From contig CAVWLP010000002.1 in the NCBI GenBank assembly GCA_963755915.1, forward strand, positions 2,432,001 through 2,496,000: a DNA stretch of 64,000 bases, read 5' to 3'. This document shows, piece after piece, positions 10,378-21,425 of the stretch (its first letter is position 1; each line of letters starts with the position of its first letter). The translations under genes and the position numbers were made by a program. Below the pieces are notes generated by a model that saw nothing but the letters and a program-made list of their open reading frames with translations, did not search any database and had not been told where the DNA came from. The DNA is from an uncultured Phycisphaerales bacterium. Lineage in GTDB: Bacteria > Planctomycetota > Phycisphaerae > Tepidisphaerales > Tepidisphaeraceae.

Positions 10378-12420
10378 ATGATTTTATCGGGTACATCCCT
10401 GGGCGTCCGAATCGCACCAGTTCTGATATTCTGCATTGTCCGCACCGTCCTCGCAGGCGGTTCTCATCAAATGCTCCAGACCGGCTTCGATATTCCCGCC
10501 TTAACCGGCAACCCCTTCGACCTCTCACAGAACGACGTGCGCGTCACATTTAAAGCCCCCAACGGCATAACCGGAACAATCCCCGCATTCTTCGACGGCG
10601 GCACAACCTGGCGCACGCGATTCACTCCGACCACGCCCGGAATTTATTCCGTTATCGCGGTCACGCTCAACGGCCAGGAGGCCAACCCGGTTAATCTCAA
10701 TCCCACCCAGTTCCAGGTCGCCAGTTCCCTTGCCCCCGGCTTCATCCGGCTCGATTCGAAAAACAAAATGCGATTCATGTTCGATGACGGCTCCCCTTAT
10801 TACCCCCTCGGCTTCAACCTCGCCTGGCGCGGCGATGGCCAGCCGCCGCTGACACAGTCCCTCGACCGCATGGGCCACGCGGGCGTCAACTGGACCCGCA
10901 TCTGGATGAACCACTGGGACGAAAAAAATCTCGACTGGCCCAAACATGGCGCCGACCCCATTCAGCTCGGCCAACTCAGCCTTTCCACCGCCTGGCAGTG
11001 GGACCAGATCATCGCGGCCGCCGAGAACGACGGTGTCTATCTCCAGCTCGTTCTCCAGCACCATGGCCAGTACAGCAGCGCCTCCGACCCCGACTGGCCG
11101 AAAAATCCCTGGAACAAGGCCAACGGCGGCTGGCTCGAAAACAGCAGCCAATTCTTTACCGATCCCCAGGCCATCGCCCTGACCAAAAATAAATACCGCT
11201 ACATCATCGCCCGCTGGGGATATTCACCCGCCATCATGGCCTGGGAGCTCTTCAACGAAATCGAATGGACCGATGCCTTCAAAACCAATCTCAGCTACGT
11301 TGCCGCCTGGCACCAGACCATGGCGGCCTTTATCCGGGAGCAGGATCCGTATCACCACCTCATCACAACCAGCTCGCGCACGGCCGAGCCGAGCCTCTGG
11401 CCCGCCATGGACTATTACCAGGCTCACGTCTATACGCATGACGTGACCTCCGCGATGGAGATGCTCGACGAAGACCGCCTCGACCGCGCCTATTTCTACG
11501 GCGAATACGGAGGCCGCGCCGTCGAAAACGGCGGCGCCGAGCAAGACCTCCACAACGGCCTCTGGGCCAGCCTGATGAGCAGCGCCAGCGGGGCCGCGCA
11601 ATTCTGGTTCTGGGACTTCATCCAAAGCAAAAATCTCTTCAGCGAATTCACCGCCGCCCGGAATTTCATCCAGCGCAGCGGACTGCTTCACGAATCCGAT
11701 ATGACGCCCCTCGAAATCACCGCTCATACCGCAAATAGGGTCGCCCTCCGTTTCTCCCCGCGCTCGAGCTGGATGCCCGCCAACGCCACCGATTTCACCA
11801 TCCACCCCGGCGGCGAAGTCGAAAACATTTCCAAGATGTCCTCCTACCTCCAGGGCAACAGCCACAGCAAAAGCATGTTTCCTGACGCGGTCTTTCACGT
11901 GGACTACCCCGCTGCCGGAACATTCGCGATAGCCCTCGACCGAATGACCTCAGCCGGCGCGAAGCTTGAGGTCGAATTGGACGGCGTTCCCGCCGCTGAT
12001 CTCGATCTCGCTCCCCTTGCGCCAGGTCAGCCCGACCCGCGCTTAAACGTCGCGCTCGAAGTCCCCGTATCCCGGGGCCGCCATACGATCCGCCTCGAAA
12101 ACACCGGCCCGGATTGGGTTCACATCGCCCGATTCATACTTAACCCGTACACCCCCCAGCTCGGCGTCGTTGCCAAGGGCAACGGGGATCTCACTGTCAT
12201 GTGGGTCTTCAACCGCGACCCAAAACCGGGCCAGCCAATCTCCGGCACACTCGAAATCCCCGGCCTCCCGGCCGGAAACTACGCCGTCACCTGGATAAAC
12301 ACCCAAACTGGGGAGATCACAAAATCCGCTTCCGCCGCCGTTTCATCCGGCGTCGCACTCGCTCTGACCACACCCTCAATTGCCCAGGATGCCGCGTGCT
12401 GGGTCAAACGTGTTCCCTGA
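10378..12420 (+). CDS. Putative glycoside hydrolase (DUF5060-like N-terminus + clan GH-A/GH5-like domain)
   Basis: NPFD...AFFDGGTTWRTRFTP; RYIIARWGYSPAIMAWELFNE (acid/base); DPYHHLITTS; YGEYG (nucleophile). Confidence 0.75.
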   Translation: MILSGTSLGVRIAPVLIFCIVRTVLAGGSHQMLQTGFDIPALTGNPFDLSQNDVRVTFKAPNGITGTIPAFFDGGTTWRTRFTPTTPGIYSVIAVTLNGQEANPVNLNPTQFQVASSLAPGFIRLDSKNKMRFMFDDGSPYYPLGFNLAWRGDGQPPLTQSLDRMGHAGVNWTRIWMNHWDEKNLDWPKHGADPIQLGQLSLSTAWQWDQIIAAAENDGVYLQLVLQHHGQYSSASDPDWPKNPWNKANGGWLENSSQFFTDPQAIALTKNKYRYIIARWGYSPAIMAWELFNEIEWTDAFKTNLSYVAAWHQTMAAFIREQDPYHHLITTSSRTAEPSLWPAMDYYQAHVYTHDVTSAMEMLDEDRLDRAYFYGEYGGRAVENGGAEQDLHNGLWASLMSSASGAAQFWFWDFIQSKNLFSEFTAARNFIQRSGLLHESDMTPLEITAHTANRVALRFSPRSSWMPANATDFTIHPGGEVENISKMSSYLQGNSHSKSMFPDAVFHVDYPAAGTFAIALDRMTSAGAKLEVELDGVPAADLDLAPLAPGQPDPRLNVALEVPVSRGRHTIRLENTGPDWVHIARFILNPYTPQLGVVAKGNGDLTVMWVFNRDPKPGQPISGTLEIPGLPAGNYAVTWINTQTGEITKSASAAVSSGVALALTTPSIAQDAACWVKRVP

Positions 12421-12647
12421 TTTAGTTGACGCAACCCCGACGCCGGCGCTCGGCGCGGTATAATCCCCCGCAATGCCCAACGGTCCGCCCATCCTGCCAT
12501 ATAAGTCCCCGGACCATTTGCGTGCGCGCCCCATTCAGACGCCGATCCGCAATCAAATTGCCGCGGCGGTATATTCCTTTTTCGTCATCCTGAAGTGGAT
12601 TGGTACGTTCCTGCGCGACTGTTCCAATTGGATCAGGTGAAATTCCC

Positions 12648-12980
12648 ATGGCTTACACCCGCGACACCATCATCTGTTTTGGCCTGGCGATCAGTTTTTC
12701 ACTCTGGGCATTGAAGCCGGCATGGCGATCAAACTGGTTTATGCGGTATCTCGGCTGGAATTGCCCTACGGAGGCCGCTGCCAGGCGGAACGCTGTTGTT
12801 TGCGTCCTTCTGGGGCTATTCGTTCTCTTCCACCTCGACCGATTTACCTCGGCAGATATAGTCCTCATGGCCGGCATGCTCCTTTGGCTCATCCTGCATC
12901 TCCGAGACGCGATCACGACCAACATCGACAGCCCCGAATTCAAGAGACTGCACGGTTTGGATCCCAGCCCCCGCCCTTGA
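12648..12980 (+). CDS. Small hypothetical membrane protein
   Basis: Three hydrophobic segments; ATG start. Confidence 0.5.
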   Translation: MAYTRDTIICFGLAISFSLWALKPAWRSNWFMRYLGWNCPTEAAARRNAVVCVLLGLFVLFHLDRFTSADIVLMAGMLLWLILHLRDAITTNIDSPEFKRLHGLDPSPRP

Positions 12981-13004
12981 CAACGCCCCCCATATCGCCA
13001 CAAT
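12977..13004 (+). promoter_or_regulatory. Sigma70-like promoter of rplU
   Basis: TTGACA-16 nt-CACAAT, then a GGAG RBS before ATG 13038. Confidence 0.5.
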
Positions 13005-13037
13005 CCCTCCTCCTGTAAAAAACGCGGAGTTAAAGCG

Positions 13038-13346
13038 ATGTACGCAATAATCGAAGCCGGCGGCCGGCAGCATAAAGTCACCACGGGCGATGTCATCCGC
13101 ATCGACCGCCCTGTTAGCGACGATAAATCCATCACCTTCGACCGCGTCCTCTTCGTCGGCGGCGAAGGCGATCCGAAGATCGGCGCTCCCACCGTCACTG
13201 GCGCAAGCGTCGTCGCAGACGTCGTCCGAAACGTTCAGGGAAAGAAAATCGACATCATCAAATACCGCCGCCGCAAGGGCTACCACAAGAAGATTGGCCA
13301 CCGGCAGAAGCAAGTCGAAGTGAAGATCAGCGCGATTAATCTGTAA
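13038..13346 (+). CDS. rplU: 50S ribosomal protein L21
   Basis: MYAIIEAGGRQHKV, KIGAPTVTGASV, KYRRRKGYHKKIGHRQ. Confidence 0.97.
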   Translation: MYAIIEAGGRQHKVTTGDVIRIDRPVSDDKSITFDRVLFVGGEGDPKIGAPTVTGASVVADVVRNVQGKKIDIIKYRRRKGYHKKIGHRQKQVEVKISAINL

Positions 13347-15647
13347 CGCCGCGCGATCGCCGTCTTAGCAGCATTCCCGTTCCCAGCGCAATCAGCGAAA
13401 TCGCCCCCGGCTCCGGCACCGCATCAAACGCCGGCAACGGCAACCCATTCGCCACCGCAAACGCGTTCAGCGCGGCAATATCGGCTGGAGTCACGCTCGC
13501 TGCCGCGCCACTGTCCCCCTGCCCAAAATTCGCCGCCAGCGCGCTGAAGTCCGATCCGTTCACCGCCGACGTGAACAGAAAATTCCCCTGATCCCAGTTG
13601 GTAGCCCCCGTTCCAAAATTCGCCGCCAGGATGCTGAAGTCTGAGCCGTTCACCGTTCCGTCCAGATTCGCATCGCCCAAAAGCGTATATTTGATTTCGA
13701 TCTCCCCGCTCGACAGTCCGGCGACCACACCATCGTTCCCATCCGCAAATCCGACGCCGTAGAACAGGCCGTTCGTGGGATTTCGCGCCGTCGATGAAAT
13801 GATCCCGCTGCCGTTCCACCCGCCGTTGTTAAATCCGCTCTGGAGGTATCCGATGATCGTCGCCATCGGATCGCTGCTGCCGTAGGTGATGAAAAGGTGA
13901 TTGTTCGTGAGATCCAGGACGCCGCTGCCGGAAATGGTGAGGCTCGAAAAAGTTTGCGGACCACCGCCGCTGCCAAGGGTAACTGTCCCGGCCCCGGAAA
14001 TGTTCAAAGGGCCCGCGACAGTGGCGCCGCCGCTGACGCTCATGTTCCCCGAGACATTGATTGCCGCGGCGCTGAGGCTGCCCCCGGAAAGCAGGTATTC
14101 ACCGGTGGGGCCGATCGTCAGCGAACCCGAATCCGTGTTCGTGCCGCCGGTTTGGATGAAGGTTCCGGCACCGGATCCTCCCGCGCCACAGCGCCGATCG
14201 ATTCGGAACCGCTGACCGAAAGAAGGGCCGAACCTGACAGTGAATATGTGCCGGAGCTGAGCGAATTGACGCTGACACTCAGTGTGCCGACCTGCGCCGT
14301 GCCCCCCGTCTGGACGAATGTCCCGCTGCCGCCGCCGGTGAATTGGCCGAAATTGTATCCCATGCCAACATTCAGTGTGCTTGTGGAGACGATTCCCCCG
14401 CTCAGCGTGTAGTATCCGACGGTTCCGTTTCCCCACCCCAGGTTGATCGCGGCCACTCCCGGAAGCGTGTTGGTTCCCCCGCTCTGGTTCAGCGTGCCGA
14501 TATTGATCTCGCCGATCCATTCCGTGCTGCTGATATCCAGGGTTCCGTTGCTCAGATTGTAGACGCCATTTCCAATGATCGAATCGCTAAGCAACAGAAC
14601 CTCGGCGGAATTCGTCCCGCCGGTCTGATTCAAGGTTGAAGTATCCCCCGCTCCGACAATTTCCGACCCGCTTGCGGTGATGCTCTGCCCCGCGGCGATC
14701 GTCAGCGGTACGCTGCTGTCGGCGTAAAGTCCGGCAATCGCCCAATTCCCAACCGTGGTCGTCGCGCCTTCGTCGAGGTCGAGCGTCAAAGCGGAGGTGT
14801 TGCCGCTGGTATAGTTGTAAGCTCCCGTCACGATCAGATCGACGCTGCCGACCGTTCCCCCATTCACATTCAGCGTGGCAAAGGTATTGGCATCGCCCCC
14901 GCCAACGTCCGCGTCCGCCAGATGCAATGCCCCGCCGGCATTCACCGTCACCGTCCCCGCGAAAAACCAGAAATTATATTCGGCGGTATACCCCGCCTGG
15001 AGATCTCCGCCGCTGTTGATGGTCAGAGTGCTCAGGGTGACCGTGCCGAACTCCAGGTCGTAGAGCGCTGGAGACGTCCCGCCGAGCGTGATGCCGGAAA
15101 AAACGTCCGTGCCCCCCGTCTGCGAAACGGTGCCGCCGCTCTCCACATTCACCATGCCGGGGTTGATATAGCCCCCCGACTGGTCCAGCACGCCGCTCCC
15201 GGATCCTCCGCCCACGTTGATCGTGCTGCTCGAAAGCGTCCCGCTTTCCACCCCAAGGGATCCCGTCGCGGCCTGGCCATTGATTTCGCCCCCAACGTTC
15301 ACCTGCCCCGCGGTCAATGTCTCGCCGCCGATGTTCAGACTTGGATCGCTCCCCGCCACCATGTTAAGCGTCTGGACCGAAGCATTGCCTGAAAAATCCA
15401 CCGTATACGAATCATTCGCCGGCCCAAAAACCGCCGTATCCGTCGGAACCCCGTCGTTCCAGTTAGAGCTTGTGCTCCACGTCCCGCCGCCGGCATTCGT
15501 CCAGGTGGCTGTCCCCCACGCGTCAAACGCCAGATACCCCTGCAACCCTACCATCGCCGCCGCCAACACCACGCGCCGCCGCCTAGCGCCGCCCGCCGCA
15601 ATTCCGCGGCCGCTGATTTTGGGTTTGGCCGGCTTCGCAAACATCAC
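13336..15647 (-). CDS. PEP-CTERM surface protein with Gly/Thr-rich beta-repeats and dockerin-like domain (frameshift near 14190)
   Basis: Signal peptide; repeats of the FxQTGGT/YxLSGG type; GDANLDGTVNGSDF twice; VPEPGAISLIALGTGMLLRRR C-terminus. Confidence 0.85.
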
Positions 15648-15752
15648 GCGCTGCCTCCGCCCCGAACGCGATTGAGTCTAAGCGCGAGTTCTCGAAAAAC
15701 AATTAAAATCGTGTGAACTATCGAATAAAAAATCGCGCCGGACGGCGCGAAT

Positions 15753-17183
15753 TCACGCCGACTGCTCGTCTTCCTGTTCCGTCGGCGCAATTGGCGGCAG
15801 GCAATCCCCACCCACAAGATGAATCGAATTCCTCCCCGACCTCTTCGCCCCAAACATAAGCTGCCGATCCGCCGCCTCGATCAGGTGATTCACATCCTGC
15901 GCATCGTACGGATAAACCGCGATTCCCCCGCTGATCGTCAGGCATCCTTTCCCACCCGGCCCCAGCCCCGGATAATCCTGCGTCGAAAGCAGATTCCGAA
16001 ACCGATCCAAAATATCATTCGGCTCCTGCGGCGTCCGATTGCTCGAGGCATGTTTAGGATCCCGCGGCGTACGCGGCCCCTCCTTGTCCCAGAAAATCAC
16101 CGCAAACTCATCCCCGCTGATTCGCGCCACCAGATCGTGATCCCGCACGCACCGCCGCATCAGGTTTGCCGTCTGCTTCAAAATCTCATCCCCAACCCCA
16201 TGCCCATACTGATCGTTGTACCGCTTGAAATTGTCGATATCGAACAGAAACAGCGTCACCAGGAACCGCTTGATCCGCGCCTTCTCCACGAGCTGCGTCA
16301 AAAACTGTTTGAAATATCTCCCATTGGCCAACCCCGTCAGGTCATCCGTCACCGCCAGCCTCTGCAGCGCCGCGTGCCGATCGTGCAGCACGCGCAGCCG
16401 CGACAAATTCCTGGCGATCTCCCCTAGAAATTCCACCGCCTGCGAGCGGTCCTGGTCGGTTGGAAACGACAAATGCACCGAATCCGAAAGATGCGGAAGC
16501 TGCGGGCCCGATCCACCCGCGGGAATCAAATCCGAAGGCCGATGGCTCACCGTCACAATCCCCTCCGCCGGCGTCGGTGGGGGCGCCTCGCCGTGCGTCA
16601 GGAAAAGATTAAACGTCGCCGGCAAAATGGAATTGATCTGCCGAACCAGCGCCGACCCCGGATCCTGCGGCGACTGGATCATCGCCTCCAGCACCAAATC
16701 CGGAAGCGAAACCGAAGTCAGCGGCGAAGGCGCCTCGTTTTTCACATCGCCAGCCGGCTTCCCGTTCGACGGGGCCGCCTTGGCAACTTCCTTCTTCTGG
16801 CCATTCGAGGTCCCCAGCGTCTCCAGCAGCTCCCCCGGCGAGATCGGCGTGATCAGATAATCGTCACACCCAAATTCCATCATCTTTTGCGAAAGCGGCT
16901 CCAAGGTAGGATGTCCAAAAAGCAGCAGTTTCCCCTCCCCGCTCAGTTCCTTGAGGGTTCGCACCGCCGACTCCGGCCGCCGCTCCATCGGCTCCACCGA
17001 CGCCAAAACCGTCGTGTAATGTTCCTGCGAAAGCTCCGCGATCCCATCAAAAAGGTTGGCAACCGACTTAACCTGCGCATTGGGCAGGGCTTGCGTAAGC
17101 GTGCAATACATCTGCCGATCGGTATCCCCAATCAACAACACTCTTTCCTGGGCTGCCCTGACCATGCAGTTATAGTACCCCAA
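15753..17183 (-). CDS. Receiver-like + GGDEF protein (SGDEF variant, RxxD I-site)
   Basis: GCDDYLITP; TDDLTGLANGR; DIDNFKRYND; RDHDLVARISGDEF. Confidence 0.85.
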   Translation of the reverse strand: MGYYNCMVRAAQERVLLIGDTDRQMYCTLTQALPNAQVKSVANLFDGIAELSQEHYTTVLASVEPMERRPESAVRTLKELSGEGKLLLFGHPTLEPLSQKMMEFGCDDYLITPISPGELLETLGTSNGQKKEVAKAAPSNGKPAGDVKNEAPSPLTSVSLPDLVLEAMIQSPQDPGSALVRQINSILPATFNLFLTHGEAPPPTPAEGIVTVSHRPSDLIPAGGSGPQLPHLSDSVHLSFPTDQDRSQAVEFLGEIARNLSRLRVLHDRHAALQRLAVTDDLTGLANGRYFKQFLTQLVEKARIKRFLVTLFLFDIDNFKRYNDQYGHGVGDEILKQTANLMRRCVRDHDLVARISGDEFAVIFWDKEGPRTPRDPKHASSNRTPQEPNDILDRFRNLLSTQDYPGLGPGGKGCLTISGGIAVYPYDAQDVNHLIEAADRQLMFGAKRSGRNSIHLVGGDCLPPIAPTEQEDEQSA

Positions 17184-17375
17184 AAGAAGGGCTTGGTTGC
17201 GTTAGGAAAAAGATAATTTGGGGACCGCAGCCGGAGGCGAGGAGCGGTACTCCGCATTGGCTGGACGCCATTTGCCTGGACGGCAATCCTTTGTTGCGCA
17301 GTGCCGAATGAATATGCCGGCGCCTACCAGCACCAGGTCTTTAATTTGGCATTTGGCCATCGGCATTCGGCATTT

Positions 17376-17911
17376 TCAGGCGGGCCCCGCCCCCGGGCTT
17401 TCGTGAAGCAGCGCCCGCAATTCCTCCGCCGTCAGGAGAGGATCGGCGCTTTTTTCCGGTTCTGCGGGCGTCGCCCCCATCTGTGGCTTGGGAAACTCCA
17501 CCGCCGGCTCCGCCATTGGCGCTTGAAGGCTGGCAGCCGCGGTAACCCCCCCGGCAATGCGATGCAGCCCATCCTCCGCAAAAAGCCCGTCCGCACCCTG
17601 TCTCATTGCCTCCGCCAACGCCGCCTGCCGGCCATCCGTGTCCGACAGCCACACGTCCACGTGTGAAAATCGCCGCTTGATGCTCGCGATGATCGACAGT
17701 TCTTCCCGGTACAGGCTGTTCAGGCTCAAAATCAGCGTCGAATAAAACAGGGGCGCTTGCAGAGATAGACCATCGCCTCATACGGATCATCCACCTCTGT
17801 ACATGAATACCCGCGCCGCTGCAGCGACTGGAGCGGCGCCGGTCGATAGGCCGGCTGTCCCACGATCAGCGCGCGGCCCGAAGGTCGCGAATTTTCAACG
17901 CCCGCTCCCAT
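17376..17911 (-). CDS. Atypical receiver-like small protein (frameshift near 17750)
   Basis: Manual translation MGAGVENSRPSGRALIVG...GYSCTEVDDPYEAM joins LSLNSLYREE...AMRQGADGL. Confidence 0.55.
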
Positions 17912-18015
17912 GGTTACGCCTTTTTCGGCAAACTTGGCTGGAGTGGATCAAACGAAACCAATCCAACGTCGATCTTACTCAAATCCCCTAGGCCGGAATA
18001 GGGAAAAGAGGAGAA

Positions 18016-18091
18016 GTTGCGAGTTACGAGTTGCGGGTTGCGAGCAAGGAAATGGGCATTTTACTCGCAACACGCAACACGCAACTCGCAA
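18016..18091. repeat. Inverted array of heptamer tandem repeats (GTTGCGA...TCGCAAC)
   Basis: gttgcgagttacgagttgcgggttgcgag ... ctcgcaacacgcaacacgcaactcgcaac; related tracts at 25038-25070 and 28686-28712. Confidence 0.75.
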
Positions 18092-18104
18092 CTATGCCCC
18101 TCCC

Positions 18105-18133
18105 TTGACACTCACTTTATGTCTCCCTACCCT
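18105..18133 (+). promoter_or_regulatory. Sigma70-like promoter of gap
   Basis: TTGACA-17 nt-TACCCT; AAGGAG RBS before ATG 18204. Confidence 0.55.
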
Positions 18134-18176
18134 ACTCCATCCCAACCGGCTTCAGCGCCGGTTTTGTTTTTATTGA

Positions 18177-19283
<1,107 letters not shown>

Positions 19284-19293
19284 ACCCCCTCTT

Positions 19294-19333
19294 CCCCCTC
19301 TCCCGGTAATCCGGGAGAGGGCAGGGGTGAGGG
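19294..19333. repeat. REP-like palindrome downstream of gap
   Basis: CCCTCTCCCGG-taat-CCGGGAGAGGG-caggggtgaggg. Confidence 0.7.
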
Positions 19334-19388
19334 CGGTATTTGTCTACTGCTCTACTGTCTACTGCTCTACTCTCTCGCGCAGCGCGTC

Positions 19389-19541
19389 TCACCTGAGCAA
19401 GAGAACCAATATCACCACCAGGAGCACGAATCCGAGTCCGCCCCCGCCCCAGTAGTAACCCCCGTATCCGCCGTAAAAGCCCCCGCCGAAATATCCGCCG
19501 AGCAGAAGAATGAGCAGCACGATTAGAATTACGCGGTTCAA
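19389..19541 (-). CDS. Small Gly-rich membrane protein (DUF3309-like)
   Basis: ILIVLLILLLGG...YWGGGGLGFVLLVVILVLLLR; TTG start after AGGA. Confidence 0.6.
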   Translation of the reverse strand: MNRVILIVLLILLLGGYFGGGFYGGYGGYYWGGGGLGFVLLVVILVLLLR

Positions 19542-19741
19542 TTTTTCCTGCCTTTCGCCGTTGTTGAGCCCGTCAGTTTCCCTGACTTTAACCCCGTCAA
19601 TCCCGGCGCGTAACGTACAAAATTGCCACATCTAGAGGCTTCCTCCACTCCTCGCTGTCCTCCCGAACTTCGTCGCCCTCCATTATCAAAGCCGCCGGGC
19701 GGATAATTTTCTGTAGGGTTCAATCACTCCCCGCGGCTCTT

Positions 19742-19780
19742 CCCCCGCCCCCGGTACTCCGGGGGAGGGTCGGGGAGGGG
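19742..19780. repeat. Degenerate copy of the REP-like palindrome
   Basis: ccccgcccccggtactccgggggagggtcggggagggg. Confidence 0.55.
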
Positions 19781-19905
19781 CTGTGTTGCTCAACTTCACC
19801 GCTTTCCACTGCTCCACTCTCTTGCGCAATGCGGGGTGAGGGCCTGATTGACCCGCGAAGACGCCCATGTGGCGTCTTCTTTGTTATGAGGGGTGTTACG
19901 TTTGC

Positions 19906-21396
19906 TTAATCCCGTTCGGCACGGGGTTCGCGCAAGCAGCAAGATATTGAGATTGCGCCTTTGATCTTTTTATGGCATGCTGCCGGACGTGCAGGCAAGA
20001 CTGAAGGAAAAAGAGATCCTGTGCCTCGGACATCTGCGGCGCGTTTCGCGCTGCTGCCCACGCTGCGGGATGTGGGCTGTGAGCGGGATCGAGCCGGGAA
20101 CCGCCAGCTTCACTTCGACGATTATTGCAAGCTGGTTTTGCTTTACACCTGGAATCCGCTGATCCAATCCCTGCGGGATCTTCAGGAGGTTGCTGAACTG
20201 CCCAAGGTGGCCAAGGCGCTGGGAATTAAGCGTTTTTCCGTGGGCAGTTTCTCTGAATCGGTTCGGGTGTTCGAGCCGGGGCGTTTGACGCCGCTGATTG
20301 AGGAATTGGCGGGGGAACTGCCCCAGGCGCCCGATCCGCGTCTTGCGGACTTTGGGCAGGCGATCACGCTGGTCGACGGGACGGTGCTGACGGCGCTGAG
20401 TCGGCTGGCCAAATCCGCTTGCGGCATCGATGCGCACTACAACACCTCCCGGGACGGGAAAGCGGTCTATGGCTGGCGTTTGCACGTTCAATTCGATCTG
20501 GAGACGTTCAAAGTCCATCGCCTCGACCGCACTGGCGCTCGCAACGCGGGGGCCAACCGTGAAAACAACGTCCTGCGGCGCAGCCTGGAAGCAGGACGGT
20601 GCTATGTAGGAGACGGCGGCTACGCCGACCGGAGCCTCTTTGCGGACATCGCCGCGGCGCAAAGCTCCTTTGTGATGCGGGCCGCGGAAAACTCGGTGTT
20701 TGAGCTGTTTGAAGAACGATTGCTTTCACAGGAAGCATTGGACGGCGGCGTGGTGCGAGACGCGCTGGTGAAACTCGACGGCCTGGAGACGGCGGCGGAT
20801 AGGGTGGTGCGACGGGTGGAAGTGCAGGTGAAACCCCATCCGCGCCGCACGCGCAGCGGCAACAAGCCGACGGACCTGATCATCCTGTACACGAACCTGC
20901 TGGACCTGCCGGCGGAATTGATCGCCCTGATTTATCTGTACCGCTACACCGTTGAGTTGTTCTTCCGGATCTTCAAGCAACTGCTGGGCATGCGTCACCT
21001 GCTGAGCCAACGCCAGGAGGGGATCGACATCCAAATCCACTGCGCGCTGATCGTCTGCGTGCTGATTCAGCTGATCAGCGGCAGGAAGCCGAACAAGGCG
21101 ATGCGGAACATGATCGGCTGGTATCTGCTGGGGCTGGCCGAGGAACAGGACGTGCTTCGATTCCTGAACAAGCCGGATAACACCGGGATTAAGCTGAGGG
21201 CAAGAGCGGAGGCCTTGAAAAAACTGGGAGTAAACTGAAGGGGAATCCGTCGCCGCGGAGACCTCGCGGTTGATGCTGCGCTCTTGCGGACGCCGGCGTG
21301 CAGCAGGGGAAAGTAAAAGTATCTAAGCTTCAATTGTTTCGCGTCCTCCACAGCTTTGGAATGCTCCGATGAAGCCTGCGTGCCGAACGGGATTAA
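19906..21396 (+). mobile_element. IS4-family insertion sequence A
   Basis: Perfect 18-bp terminal IR TTAATCCCGTTCGGCACG (19906-19923 / 21379-21396); no clear target duplication. Confidence 0.9.
19977..21238 (+). CDS. IS4-family DDE transposase (probable frameshift near 20045)
   Basis: LVDGT, VGDGGY, LYLYRYTVELFFRIFK (YREK-like). Confidence 0.9.
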
Positions 21397-21425
21397 CATA
21401 ATTTTACGTTTTGTTACGTTTTTGG

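Noticed and set aside
18016-18091. CRISPR array suggested by short repeats here and at 53657 and 25811
   Set aside because: Units are 7-10 nt without unique spacers, and no cas genes are present.
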